This document shows, in pieces, positions 15,956 to 24,215 of a stretch of DNA of 39,255 bases. Position 1 is the first letter of the stretch. Each line of letters opens with the position of its first letter. The notes under the pieces are model-generated. The model was not told where the DNA came from. It worked only from the letters and a program-made list of their open reading frames with translations, and ran no database searches. The stretch is from an uncultured Thermoanaerobacterales bacterium (GTDB lineage Bacteria > Bacillota > Clostridia > Christensenellales > UBA1242): the NCBI GenBank assembly GCA_949840475.1, contig CATKXA010000001.1, positions 1 through 39,255 on the forward strand, given 5' to 3'. Both the position numbers and the translations under genes were made by a program.

Positions 15956-18172
15956 ATGAAATTAAATGGCGAAATAAAAGATGTTATATTTAGGAACAAC
16001 GAGAGCGGATATACAATCGTAGAACTTTTTGTTGGTGGCAAAAGCCAAGTTGTTACTGGCAAGTTTCCTGCGGTATTTCAGGGTCAAAATGTTGAGCTTG
16101 AGGGAGATTATCAGATAAACCCTAGATATGGCAAGCAGTTTGTCGCAAGCCATGTAAAGGTGTTTCAGCCAACAAATACAGACAGCATAATAAAGTATCT
16201 TTCTTCGGGTCTAATTAGCGGAGTTGGCATAGTTACAGCGACAAATATTGTGAACATGTTTAAAGACAAGACCTTAGAGGTAATAGAAAGTGAGCCAATG
16301 AAGCTTGCAGACGTTAAGGGTATAAGCCAAAGAAAAGCTTTAGAAATTAGCAATACTTATCAAGACATTAAAAAGATGCAACAAGCTGTTATGTTTTTGC
16401 AAAACTATGATATTAGTGTCAACATGGCAGTAAAAATTTATGAGGTATACGGAAATAAGACTGACCTAATGCTTGTAAAAAATCCATATAAGCTAATTGA
16501 AGACGTAGACGGCATTGGCTTTAAAACTGCGGACAAGATAGCTTTTAATATGGGTGTTAGTAAAGATAGTGAGTTTAGAATGCGTGCAGGGGCATTGTAT
16601 TGTTTGAATGAGTTTTCAGAAAAGCAGGGCAGTACTGTTGTGCAAACAAATAAGCTTGTTGAAATGTGCTTAGGGTTACTTGAGCTTCCGAGCGATAAAG
16701 AGGGAGATATTTATAGTATTCTCTCTAGCCTAGAGATTGAGGGGCTTATAAAGGCTACGACTATAGAGGACGAGCCAGCTCTTGCTATTGCTAAGCTTTA
16801 TAATATGGAAAAGTATATTGCAGGCAAGCTTAAAATGTTGCAAAACTCTTGTTTGGAACTTAATGCAGACTTTGAAAGTGAGCTTAGCGAGTTCGAGCGA
16901 ATAAACAATATTGAGTTTCATGACAGCCAAAAGAAAGCAATAATATCTGCAATAAGAGAAGGTGTTGCAGTGATTACTGGTGGCCCGGGTACTGGTAAAA
17001 CTACACTCATAAAGGCAATACTTTACATCTTAAACAATCACAACCAAAAATCGTTATTATTAGCTCCAACGGGCAGGGCTGCCAAAAGAATGGAAGAGCA
17101 AACAAAGCATGAAGCATCAACAATTCATAGAGGCTTAGAAATGGCGTACAACAAGGGTAAGCTTGGTTTTGTAAGGAACGAGCAGAACCCGCTAGAGTGC
17201 GATGTAATAATTGTGGACGAAGTTAGTATGCTAGATATTTACATAGCATCCTCGCTCTTAAAAGCAATTAAACTTGGTACAAGGCTTATATTAGTAGGGG
17301 ATAAAGACCAGCTGATGAGCGTTGGTGCGGGCAATGTTTTAAAGGATATAATTAGCTCAAAAGAAATTGCAACGTTTGAGCTTTCGCAGATTTTTAGACA
17401 GTCAAGCGAGAGCATGATTATTATGAACGCCCATAAAATAAACAATGGGGAAATGCCAGAGTTGTCAAATGAAAGTCAAGACTTTTTCTATAGTCCTACC
17501 TTTGTTGCGAGCGAAGTGGCCAATGAAATAACAGAGCTTGTTTCAAAGAGAATCCCAAGCTTTAATAAAGAACTAATAAGTGAAAACATACAAGTAATCA
17601 CTCCAATGAAAGTTGGTGAGGCGGGGGCAAATAATATCAACATGTTGCTTCGTGAAAAGTTAAACCCAAAGGCAACAGAGAAGCCAGAGCTTGAAGTGCA
17701 TAAGACTATTTTTAGAGTTGGCGATAAGGTTATGCAAACTGCAAACAACTATGAACACGAATGGATAAAGAGTGAAAACGACCACATAGTTTCCGGTATG
17801 GGTGTGTTTAATGGCGATATGGGTTACATTGACCAAATAAACACCCAGAGCGGAGAGGTATATGTTACTTTTGATGACGGGCGTAGAGCGGGTTATAGTA
17901 TTGTTGAGCTTGAGGACTTGGTGCACGCGTACGCCATAACTATTCACAAAAGCCAAGGCAGTGAGTTTGATGCCGTTATTATTCCTATCCTTGGTGGTAA
18001 TCCTATGCTCTACAACAAAAATCTGCTGTATACCGCAGTAACTAGGGCAAAAAAGATGGTTGTACTTATTGGCAAGAAAAACAATATTTATCACATGATT
18101 AAGAATGAATATTTAGTAAACAGAAATACATTGCTGAAAAGGTTTTTAACAATGCCGAATATTTTGTCATAA
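15956..18172 (+). CDS. recD2: ATP-dependent RecD-like DNA helicase (SF1B)
   Basis: Walker A GGPGTGKTT, Walker B IIVDEVSM, and C-terminal YAITIHKSQGSEF and YTAVTRAK motifs. Has the RecD2-type N-terminal extension. Confidence 0.93.
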   Translation: MKLNGEIKDVIFRNNESGYTIVELFVGGKSQVVTGKFPAVFQGQNVELEGDYQINPRYGKQFVASHVKVFQPTNTDSIIKYLSSGLISGVGIVTATNIVNMFKDKTLEVIESEPMKLADVKGISQRKALEISNTYQDIKKMQQAVMFLQNYDISVNMAVKIYEVYGNKTDLMLVKNPYKLIEDVDGIGFKTADKIAFNMGVSKDSEFRMRAGALYCLNEFSEKQGSTVVQTNKLVEMCLGLLELPSDKEGDIYSILSSLEIEGLIKATTIEDEPALAIAKLYNMEKYIAGKLKMLQNSCLELNADFESELSEFERINNIEFHDSQKKAIISAIREGVAVITGGPGTGKTTLIKAILYILNNHNQKSLLLAPTGRAAKRMEEQTKHEASTIHRGLEMAYNKGKLGFVRNEQNPLECDVIIVDEVSMLDIYIASSLLKAIKLGTRLILVGDKDQLMSVGAGNVLKDIISSKEIATFELSQIFRQSSESMIIMNAHKINNGEMPELSNESQDFFYSPTFVASEVANEITELVSKRIPSFNKELISENIQVITPMKVGEAGANNINMLLREKLNPKATEKPELEVHKTIFRVGDKVMQTANNYEHEWIKSENDHIVSGMGVFNGDMGYIDQINTQSGEVYVTFDDGRRAGYSIVELEDLVHAYAITIHKSQGSEFDAVIIPILGGNPMLYNKNLLYTAVTRAKKMVVLIGKKNNIYHMIKNEYLVNRNTLLKRFLTMPNILS

Positions 18173-18181
18173 TTTGAGAAG

Positions 18182-18214
18182 CTCCTTTATAAAATTTTAT
18201 AAAGGAGTTTTTTT
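18182..18214 (+). terminator. recD2 terminator hairpin that contains the yabP Shine-Dalgarno
   Basis: Perfect 13-bp arms CTCCTTTATAAAA/TTTTATAAAGGAG, then T7, then the yabP ATG. Confidence 0.7.
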
Positions 18215-18484
18215 ATGGAAGTTAAAGTTAATCCGTCACATATGGTGACTATAGACAATAGAAAAAAGATGATGATAACGGCAGTGATAGAAGTGGTTAG
18301 TGCCACCGAAAAGTGTGTCATTGCAAAAATTACAGATAAGACGATGTATATAATGGGCAGAGATTTAAGAATTGCAAAGCTTAGCTTAGAAGAGGGCCTT
18401 TTAATACTTGAGGGAGAAATTGAAAACTTAAAGTACCAAGAAACAGCTTCATCAAGGTCATTTTTTAAAAAGGTATTTAAGTAA
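18215..18484 (+). CDS. yabP: sporulation protein YabP
   Basis: 89 aa with the pattern VTIDNRKKMMITAV..V.S......I.......MYIMGRDLRIAKLSLEEGLLILEGEIENLKY, typical of YabP. Confidence 0.85.
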   Translation: MEVKVNPSHMVTIDNRKKMMITAVIEVVSATEKCVIAKITDKTMYIMGRDLRIAKLSLEEGLLILEGEIENLKYQETASSRSFFKKVFK

Positions 18485-18852
18485 TGAGTAGCGGTGTTAC
18501 ATTATTTTTAATGCTACTGTTTATTACGGCTGGCTTTTTAAGTGCTGTTTTTTGCGAGGCTTTGAAGCTTGTGAAGCTAACAGGAAAAAAGAGTTTTATA
18601 GTTATAAATATTGTTGATTTTTGCATGTGTTTAATATCTGGCTTTGTGTTTATAATGTGCATATTTGGACTATGTGGCGGGGAGTTTAAATTGTACCAAG
18701 TTATTTGCTTTGGTGTTGGTATGTTGTTTGAGCAAATTTTTGTTGCAAATTTAATTGCTATGCCTATAAAAAAAGTGTATACTATGCTTAAAATAAGAGC
18801 CGTGAGGAGGAAACAGCGAAATGACAAAAGCGGGGTTAGCTCAAAAAGTTAA
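18484..18852 (+). CDS. yabQ: spore cortex biosynthesis protein YabQ-like membrane protein
   Basis: Small polytopic membrane protein immediately after yabP (ATGA-type overlap). Called mainly from conserved gene order. Confidence 0.6.
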   Translation: MSSGVTLFLMLLFITAGFLSAVFCEALKLVKLTGKKSFIVINIVDFCMCLISGFVFIMCIFGLCGGEFKLYQVICFGVGMLFEQIFVANLIAMPIKKVYTMLKIRAVRRKQRNDKSGVSSKS

Positions 18853-19102
18853 AATTATCTGTGTTTGTGCAACAATACTTTTGTTTGTGCTAGCTGTTAT
18901 TATTACATGTCAGTATGTAAAAATCGGAAGATTATCAAGTCAAAGTGCAATGCTAGATAGAAAGATAAACGAATTATCTATAACCAAGTCTAAGCTCGAA
19001 GAAGGCATTGAAATTCGTTCGTCTGACGCATATGTTGAGCAACAAGCTCGTGAGAATTTAGGCATGATAAAAGACGGCGAAGACGTTATAATAATAAAAT
19101 AA
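18821..19102 (+). CDS. divIC: septum formation initiator (FtsB/DivIC family)
   Basis: One TM helix followed by a coiled-coil, ending in the GMIKDGEDVII motif. GGAGGA RBS. Occupies the yabP-yabQ-divIC position. Confidence 0.75.
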   Translation: MTKAGLAQKVKIICVCATILLFVLAVIITCQYVKIGRLSSQSAMLDRKINELSITKSKLEEGIEIRSSDAYVEQQARENLGMIKDGEDVIIIK

Positions 19103-19104
19103 AA

Positions 19105-19139
19105 ATAAAAAGGATTAACACTCGGTTAATCCTTTTTTG
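19105..19139. terminator. bidirectional terminator overlapping the last codons of the hydrolase gene
   Basis: AGGATTAAC..GTTAATCCT stem flanked by an A-run and a T-run. Confidence 0.7.
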
Positions 19140-19908
19140 TTAGTATATTTTTAGTAATAGATATTATTTTTTCTAATTCGCCAGGGTTTTTAAAGCGGTG
19201 GTCTGCATTTTCAAAGGCATAGAGAGTGCTGTCATTGTTTAGTTTATTTATAAAATTAATAACAACATTGGGGTCTACGATATCGTCTTTGAGTCCTTGA
19301 ATTATTTCAAACTTGTAATTTTTAGTAGAATAATCATTTAAACTATTGTTTTTAAGTTGAGCCAAGAATGTAGAATCTATATAAAGTGGATTTTCGTACC
19401 CTAAATCAATTTTATTGTTTAAATCTTTTATTGAAAAACCATGAGCGGGTAGAATATTATCACTAAGAACACTATCCATATTAATTGCGGGAGCCCTTAA
19501 AATAATATGACCAAAGCTATCAGTTTTAAATTTTAAATAGTGTAAAAGTAAATAGCCGCCAAAGCTTGTTGCAAAAAATGAAATGGGTATATTCTTGTAT
19601 TTAGTTTTAGTGTAAGCGACTATTGTTTCTAAAGATTTTAAACAATCATAAAAATCAAGAGTTTTGTTCGCTGAGTTTAGTCCGTGGCAAGGCAAATCAA
19701 AGGAAACAACATTAATATTTATTTTAGTGAGCTTTCTGCCTAACGCAAAAATCACAGAGCTTTCTTTATCGCCAGCGAAACCATGAATAGTAATTAGTAC
19801 CTCTTTTGGCTGAAGAGATTCAAATTCTCGAATAGATATGTTTTTGTAGATTGTTTGAGTGATTGCCACTTTTGCTCTCCTTAAATTATCATATTGGTAT
19901 AATAACAT
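19126..19908 (-). CDS. alpha/beta hydrolase
   Basis: HGFAGD oxyanion region, nucleophile elbow ATSFGG, C-terminal ADHRF. Confidence 0.75.
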   Translation of the reverse strand: MLLYQYDNLRRAKVAITQTIYKNISIREFESLQPKEVLITIHGFAGDKESSVIFALGRKLTKININVVSFDLPCHGLNSANKTLDFYDCLKSLETIVAYTKTKYKNIPISFFATSFGGYLLLHYLKFKTDSFGHIILRAPAINMDSVLSDNILPAHGFSIKDLNNKIDLGYENPLYIDSTFLAQLKNNSLNDYSTKNYKFEIIQGLKDDIVDPNVVINFINKLNNDSTLYAFENADHRFKNPGELEKIISITKNILTKKD

Positions 19909-20017
19909 TTAATTTATAATTCACCAAGTCTTATTATGCGATATAAAATATAATATTGCGTCGACAAAAAATGATTAAAATTTTATTAGTAAATTGCAGG
20001 AAAAATATTTGTAGTCA

Positions 20018-20045
20018 TTGACTTTTGATAGTTTTGTGCTACAAT
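20018..20045 (+). promoter_or_regulatory. sigma-A-type promoter of paralog 1
   Basis: TTGACT, 16-nt spacer, TACAAT with an extended TGc. Confidence 0.6.
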
Positions 20046-20073
20046 AAAACTTGTTGTTTTTTTAGGAGATTTT

Positions 20074-20781
20074 ATGGGAACATATTACATTAAAAATTAT
20101 AAAGATGCTAAATCTTTAGTTGAAGATAATAAAAATATTGGCTACACTTTGAGTGACGCTGTTGTTTTGGCTGCACGCCAAGTTAAAGGAGAGCTCGCTG
20201 AGCTTGAGCGTATGAAAGTTGCACTCAGTGATGACCTACATGCCATATCTAAAAAAGATGCTGAGTTCTTCTTTTCTGGGCATAAAGCTTTGCAAAAAGA
20301 AAAGACTCAGGAGTACTTTAGAAATAATCTTAGGACCAATAGTGATGTTTATCATGCTATTGAAACTTCTATCAGCTGTAGAACAGAACAACTAGCACAA
20401 ACCTATGAGTATTACAGAGTACAGTTGAAAAATTTATGCAAAAACTTTACTCGTGAGCTTAGAAGCGGTTGTGGAAAAACTAGGGCTGAGCAGATTGAGG
20501 GCTCCGTTCAAGAGATTATTAATATTGCCAAAGCATACTTAAATTTGGTTAATGATTTGGCTGGTGCCTATGAGTGGAAAAAGAGAATAGACGAAAGCGA
20601 TGCTGTAGATGTTTTTGAAGAGTTAGATGCTTGCGAGGCTGTTATTGCACAGTATACTAGAAAATTAGAAACTTATCCATATAGAAGCTTAGAAACAGCA
20701 AACAAAGTTATTAATTTTTCAAGCATTGTTATAGCCGAAGCAAATAAAGCTATAGAGGGAACAGAGCCAGATGCAAATTAA
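20074..20781 (+). CDS. hypothetical helical protein, paralog 1 (235 aa)
   Basis: AGGAGA RBS with its own promoter and terminator. Collinear similarity to the next gene. Confidence 0.7.
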   Translation: MGTYYIKNYKDAKSLVEDNKNIGYTLSDAVVLAARQVKGELAELERMKVALSDDLHAISKKDAEFFFSGHKALQKEKTQEYFRNNLRTNSDVYHAIETSISCRTEQLAQTYEYYRVQLKNLCKNFTRELRSGCGKTRAEQIEGSVQEIINIAKAYLNLVNDLAGAYEWKKRIDESDAVDVFEELDACEAVIAQYTRKLETYPYRSLETANKVINFSSIVIAEANKAIEGTEPDAN

Positions 20782-20785
20782 AAGA

Positions 20786-20810
20786 CTGCAAGCTTAGCTT
20801 GCAGATTTTT
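20786..20810 (+). terminator. terminator after paralog 1
   Basis: CTGCAAGC tta GCTTGCAG followed by ATTTTT. Confidence 0.75.
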
Positions 20811-20822
20811 AAATTTTGGGTA

Positions 20823-20851
20823 TTTACAAATTATAATAAGTATTATATAAT
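20823..20851 (+). promoter_or_regulatory. sigma-A-type promoter of paralog 2
   Basis: TTTACA, 17-nt spacer, TATAAT. Confidence 0.6.
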
Positions 20852-20880
20852 ACCTGTATACTTATTGGGAGGATGCACAA

Positions 20881-21591
20881 ATGCTAAGCGGTGTAAGAAT
20901 TTTAAGAAATAAGAATAAAGAAGAATTTGCTCAAGACAAAATAAGATTTAAAACTCAAGAATTTGAAGTTATTAAACATAGTGGTATTGAAGCTAATATT
21001 AGAGCAATAGCTGACCTTATCCTTGAAATGAACGATGAAAAAAGTGACTTATATGAAAAAATGGCTAAAATAGACCTAGAATGCGAAAGAAAAGCCATAG
21101 TTGAGTTTAAAAGTCTTGATACTACTGACGCTGCAATGGAAGATTTTATTGCAATTAAAAACAAATACATGGAAGAGTACAATGATATTTATCAAGCAAT
21201 AAAATACGAAATTGAAGCTAGAAACATAGTAATCAATTATGCTAAAAAGCGTTTTATAGATTTTGTAGAGTCAAAAATAGAAGAGGGCAAAAAAGAGGAT
21301 TTGCAATACATTATAACTATAGCTATGCACTTTTTGGAAATAAGCAATGAACTTAGTGAAGTTAGAACAAAAGCAAAAGTTTTAAGAGATGAAGCTAGAA
21401 GGGTTGAGGGCTTGAACGAGCAACTTGATAGTTCAAATCGTAAAAGACTAGAAGGTTATTTAGAAAAACAGTTTGAACTTATGAGTGCACTTGATATTGT
21501 GCCATTTGATTTGGCAACCCGTGCTAAAAGAGTACTTAATAATGCTACAGATAAGCTAGAGCAGTTAAATGCTGAGCCAGAGAGTAATTAA
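20881..21591 (+). CDS. hypothetical helical protein, paralog 2 (236 aa)
   Basis: GGGAGGA RBS. Same length and C-terminal ending (..EPESN versus ..EPDAN) as paralog 1. Confidence 0.7.
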   Translation: MLSGVRILRNKNKEEFAQDKIRFKTQEFEVIKHSGIEANIRAIADLILEMNDEKSDLYEKMAKIDLECERKAIVEFKSLDTTDAAMEDFIAIKNKYMEEYNDIYQAIKYEIEARNIVINYAKKRFIDFVESKIEEGKKEDLQYIITIAMHFLEISNELSEVRTKAKVLRDEARRVEGLNEQLDSSNRKRLEGYLEKQFELMSALDIVPFDLATRAKRVLNNATDKLEQLNAEPESN

Positions 21592-21597
21592 ACTCAC

Positions 21598-21628
21598 AAA
21601 AAAACCGCAAGTTATTTGCGGTTTTTTA
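21598..21628. terminator. bidirectional terminator
   Basis: CCGCAA..TTGCGG stem flanked by A7 and T6. Confidence 0.75.
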
Positions 21629-21697
21629 TTCCCTACACTAAATAACCAAAGGATTTGAGAAATTGTAGGCATAAAATAGCTTATCAAATATTCTAAC

Positions 21698-22123
21698 CTA
21701 AAAGTATGAAACGGTTCCTCCGGTAACCCTTGCACTTACATATTGTATTTTAAAGATTTCTATAAATGAGAATTCAGCCAAACTTACACTTACCGTATAG
21801 ACAATCCCTTCCTTAACGTTACCTATTTTGCAAACCTTTGTGACCATGGTGCTGTGGTTTTTATCATAGTATGTAAATGAAACTTGTAATGAAGAGATAT
21901 CGACTTTAGGCGTTATTTTATAATTTATACTGAATGAAAATTCTTCTGATAAATCCAAATAAAGGTCATTATTCGTAGCAGAACGTGAAAATATTTTATT
22001 ATTTCCATCGCTATTTTCCGTGAAAGAAAAATTGCATGCTGAAAAAGAAAGAGTACAAGATAAAATGCAACAAACAAATATAAAACTTTTAAACCAATTT
22101 TTCTTGAATAATATTTTTTCCAT
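21698..22123 (-). CDS. putative lipoprotein (141 aa)
   Basis: Signal peptide ending in the lipobox-like LSFSAC. The mature part is beta-rich. Confidence 0.6.
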   Translation of the reverse strand: MEKILFKKNWFKSFIFVCCILSCTLSFSACNFSFTENSDGNNKIFSRSATNNDLYLDLSEEFSFSINYKITPKVDISSLQVSFTYYDKNHSTMVTKVCKIGNVKEGIVYTVSVSLAEFSFIEIFKIQYVSARVTGGTVSYF

Positions 22124-22142
22124 ATATAAACCTTTTTAATCA

Positions 22143-22171
22143 ATATTACCTTATTTAATATGTTCCGTCAA
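22143..22171 (-). promoter_or_regulatory. sigma-A-type promoter of the lipoprotein gene
   Basis: On the minus strand: TTGACG, 17-nt spacer, TAATAT. Confidence 0.55.
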
Positions 22172-22349
22172 GGCAAAGAATAAGTTTATTTATTTATCTG
22201 ATATTAAATCTTTTCTGTCGATGTCATTTTTGTTACTGTTTTATACTACATTTTAGTTGGATTCAAGGCTGATACAATATTTTTTGCGGCGGTATAGGAA
22301 GGTAATTCAAAAATAGTGGTATTTGTGCAAGCTTGCTCGATGTTAGTGA

Positions 22350-23306
22350 TTAGTTTTGCACTTTATAGTTTTGAAGATTTTTCCATCTAGATTTTAATCC
22401 CATTTCATCGTTTATTCTTGCAATAAAATGTGATTTAATATTTTTTATTAAACAATCTCTTTCTATTATAAACTCTTGCCAAAAACTAGCAAATTCTAAA
22501 GGTTCTAAAAGATATTTGAAAACTATAAGCAGACATAGAAAATCACTTATGCCATGTTTGGGATAACCATATGGGTTCCTATCAATTCTCATTACATCAA
22601 AAATTTCTAAAGAATAAGGAAGCTTATATCTTGACAATTTCTTACAAAACAACCTCTCATCATGTGCAACGGCATTTCTAAAAGCAGTTATGATTTTTAT
22701 CATAATTTCTAACTGAGAAGATTTTAAGTTGAAATCAGACGCAATTTCAGTTTTTTCTTCTAACTTCATATTAGCATAGAACATTGATACTTCACCTATA
22801 GTCATGGATCTTATTAGTACCCATAAAGGTACATGTCCGTGTTCCTTAACGTAATGCTCTATATAATTACGATACTTTTTATTGTTCTTATCTGAAGCCT
22901 CTTCAATTAATTTATTACAATTATTGATCAGCTCTGCAATTCTAGCCTCTTTAGAAACGTCCTTGTTGAAATTATTTCTGACCAAATATTTTCTATTGTC
23001 TTCGCCATGATATTTGCTAAAAGTGTAAGAAACACTAGATTTTAATTTTGATTCAAATATCATAGCATATTTGTAAACAATATTTCTCAGGTTTTTGTCA
23101 AACTTATACAAAGCAACTATATCGTAATCCGATGCGGAATTTAAAAATTTATTATCTTGGTTTTTAAAGATAAAACTATAACCATTTATTAAGTTATAGT
23201 ATCCTGTTTTTTTAAGCATTTCAATAAATAAGGGTTCGTCATTAAAAATTAAATCTCTTTCTTTAAGAATTTTTATTTGTTCTTCGTATGTACTAAAAGC
23301 TTTCAT
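22350..23306 (-). CDS. Abi_2-family (AbiD/AbiF-like) abortive-infection protein, HEPN-type
   Basis: The N-terminus STYEEQIKILKERDLIFNDE...GYYNLINGY matches my recollection of the Abi_2 family consensus. An Rx4H motif (RNAVAH) lies in the C-terminal half. The gene is visibly AT-rich. Confidence 0.8.
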   Translation of the reverse strand: MKAFSTYEEQIKILKERDLIFNDEPLFIEMLKKTGYYNLINGYSFIFKNQDNKFLNSASDYDIVALYKFDKNLRNIVYKYAMIFESKLKSSVSYTFSKYHGEDNRKYLVRNNFNKDVSKEARIAELINNCNKLIEEASDKNNKKYRNYIEHYVKEHGHVPLWVLIRSMTIGEVSMFYANMKLEEKTEIASDFNLKSSQLEIMIKIITAFRNAVAHDERLFCKKLSRYKLPYSLEIFDVMRIDRNPYGYPKHGISDFLCLLIVFKYLLEPLEFASFWQEFIIERDCLIKNIKSHFIARINDEMGLKSRWKNLQNYKVQN

Positions 23307-23394
23307 AAAATCTCCATAAAAAGAAAATGAGGAGATCCCTAGAGACCTCCCCGCAGTCCTTCAACACAGGTTGAAAGGATCTTTCCACGCAATC
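23307..23394 (-). promoter_or_regulatory. structured 5' leader of the Abi_2 gene with a terminator-like hairpin
   Basis: Two hairpins read by eye. One is CCTTTCAAC..GTTGAAGG. The other is GGAGGTCTCTAGGGATCTCC followed by TCATTTTCTTTTT, directly upstream of the GGAGA RBS. Confidence 0.5.
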
Positions 23395-23423
23395 ATTCTA
23401 ACATACCTTAACAGTGTTGTCAA
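23395..23423 (-). promoter_or_regulatory. sigma-A-type promoter of the Abi_2 gene
   Basis: On the minus strand: TTGACA, 17-nt spacer, TAGAAT. Confidence 0.65.
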
Positions 23424-23632
23424 GACTTTTTAGAATGTTTGCATATAATATTGTATTGCAATTTATTGTTTAAATATACATAAAATCATATAATTTTAAC
23501 ATTTAGATAAATTCTTATTTTTATTTATTATTGTAGTTGTCACCATATGTATTTCTATTGTAAAGAATATATCATTAAATTTGCTAATGTTTCACGCAAG
23601 TAAGTTTTAGCCGATTCTACTTAAAATTACCA

Positions 23633-23662
23633 CAAAAAAACCACCTGCTTCGAGGTGGTTTG
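23633..23662 (-). terminator. terminator of the tRNA-Met/tRNA-Glu operon
   Basis: On the minus strand: CCACCT..AGGTGG stem followed by T7. Confidence 0.75.
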
Positions 23663-23666
23663 TTTG

Positions 23667-23741
23667 TGGTAGTCCCAAGGAGAGTCGAACTCCTCACTTC
23701 GCCGTGAAAGGGCGATGTCTTAACCGATTGACCATGGGACC
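23667..23741 (-). tRNA. tRNA-Glu (TTC)
   Basis: Reverse complement is GGTCCCATGGTCAATCGG...CCCTTTCACGGCG...GGAGTTCGACTCTCC...ACCA. Cloverleaf and TTC anticodon read by eye. Confidence 0.88.
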
Positions 23742-23749
23742 ATGTTGAT

Positions 23750-23826
23750 TGGTAGCGGCTGTGGGATTTGAACCTACGACCTACTGGGTATGAACCAGGC
23801 GCTCTAGCCAACTGAGCTAAGCCGCC
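23750..23826 (-). tRNA. elongator tRNA-Met (CAT)
   Basis: Reverse complement is GGCGGCTTAGCTCAGTTGGCTAGAGCG..GGTTCATACCC..GGTTCAAATCC..GCCGCTACCA. The anticodon arm resembles Bacillus elongator tRNA-Met. A lysidine tRNA-Ile2 cannot be fully excluded. Confidence 0.8.
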
Positions 23827-23847
23827 ATTTGTTTAACATGCTTTCAC

Positions 23848-23876
23848 ATTTTATTATATTTATATGGTTTTGTCAA
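23848..23876 (-). promoter_or_regulatory. sigma-A-type promoter of the tRNA-Met/tRNA-Glu operon
   Basis: On the minus strand: TTGACA, 17-nt spacer, TAAAAT. Confidence 0.65.
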
Positions 23877-23935
23877 CACTTTTTTTACAAATCCATTCAC
23901 TTTTTACATCACTTGTTGCATCGCTATTTGTTCAA

Positions 23936-23966
23936 TAAAAAAGCACTTCAGTTTTGAAGTGCTTTT
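23936..23966 (-). terminator. terminator after the Cys-rich small gene
   Basis: 9-bp stem AGCACTTCA..TGAAGTGCT with flanking A and T runs. Confidence 0.7.
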
Positions 23967-24134
23967 TTAAAAGTTACTGAAAAAGTGTTCACATTTAAAA
24001 TTATTCGCTCTTATTACGTTCATCTTATTTCTTGTGCAATGCCCGACATCAAGTTTTTCTATGCCTTTTCCTCTCAAGCAGTAATGTTGCACAAAATATT
24101 TACATCTTTCGCATTTATTTAAACTCGTATACAT
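23967..24134 (-). CDS. small Cys/His-rich protein (55 aa), probably leaderless; below the ORF-track cutoff
   Basis: Manual translation gives MYTSLNKCERCKYFVQHYCLRGKGIEKLDVGHCTRNKMNVIRANNFKCEHFFSNF. A perfect consensus promoter ends 7 nt before the ATG, there is no SD, and a terminator follows. Confidence 0.6.
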   Translation of the reverse strand: MYTSLNKCERCKYFVQHYCLRGKGIEKLDVGHCTRNKMNVIRANNFKCEHFFSNF

Positions 24135-24141
24135 ATTCTAT

Positions 24142-24170
24142 ATTATAGTACGAGATAATCTTACTGTCAA
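24142..24170 (-). promoter_or_regulatory. perfect consensus sigma-A promoter driving the Cys-rich small gene
   Basis: On the minus strand: TTGACA, 17-nt spacer, TATAAT, then 7 nt, then the ATG. Confidence 0.7.
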
Positions 24171-24183
24171 GTAATTTCTTACT
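24161..24183. promoter_or_regulatory. operator-like half-site array TTACT/AGTAA/TTACT
   Basis: TTACTgtcaAGTAAtttcTTACT forms two overlapping 5-4-5 inverted repeats. They cover the -35 box in the divergent intergenic region. Confidence 0.5.
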
Positions 24184-24215
24184 TTAACTTTCATAATAGC
24201 ATCAAGGAAAGAGTA

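Noticed and set aside
23617-23811. 64-aa ORF on the minus strand.
   Set aside because: It is read straight through the tRNA-Glu and tRNA-Met genes and is an artefact of the GC-rich tRNA sequence.
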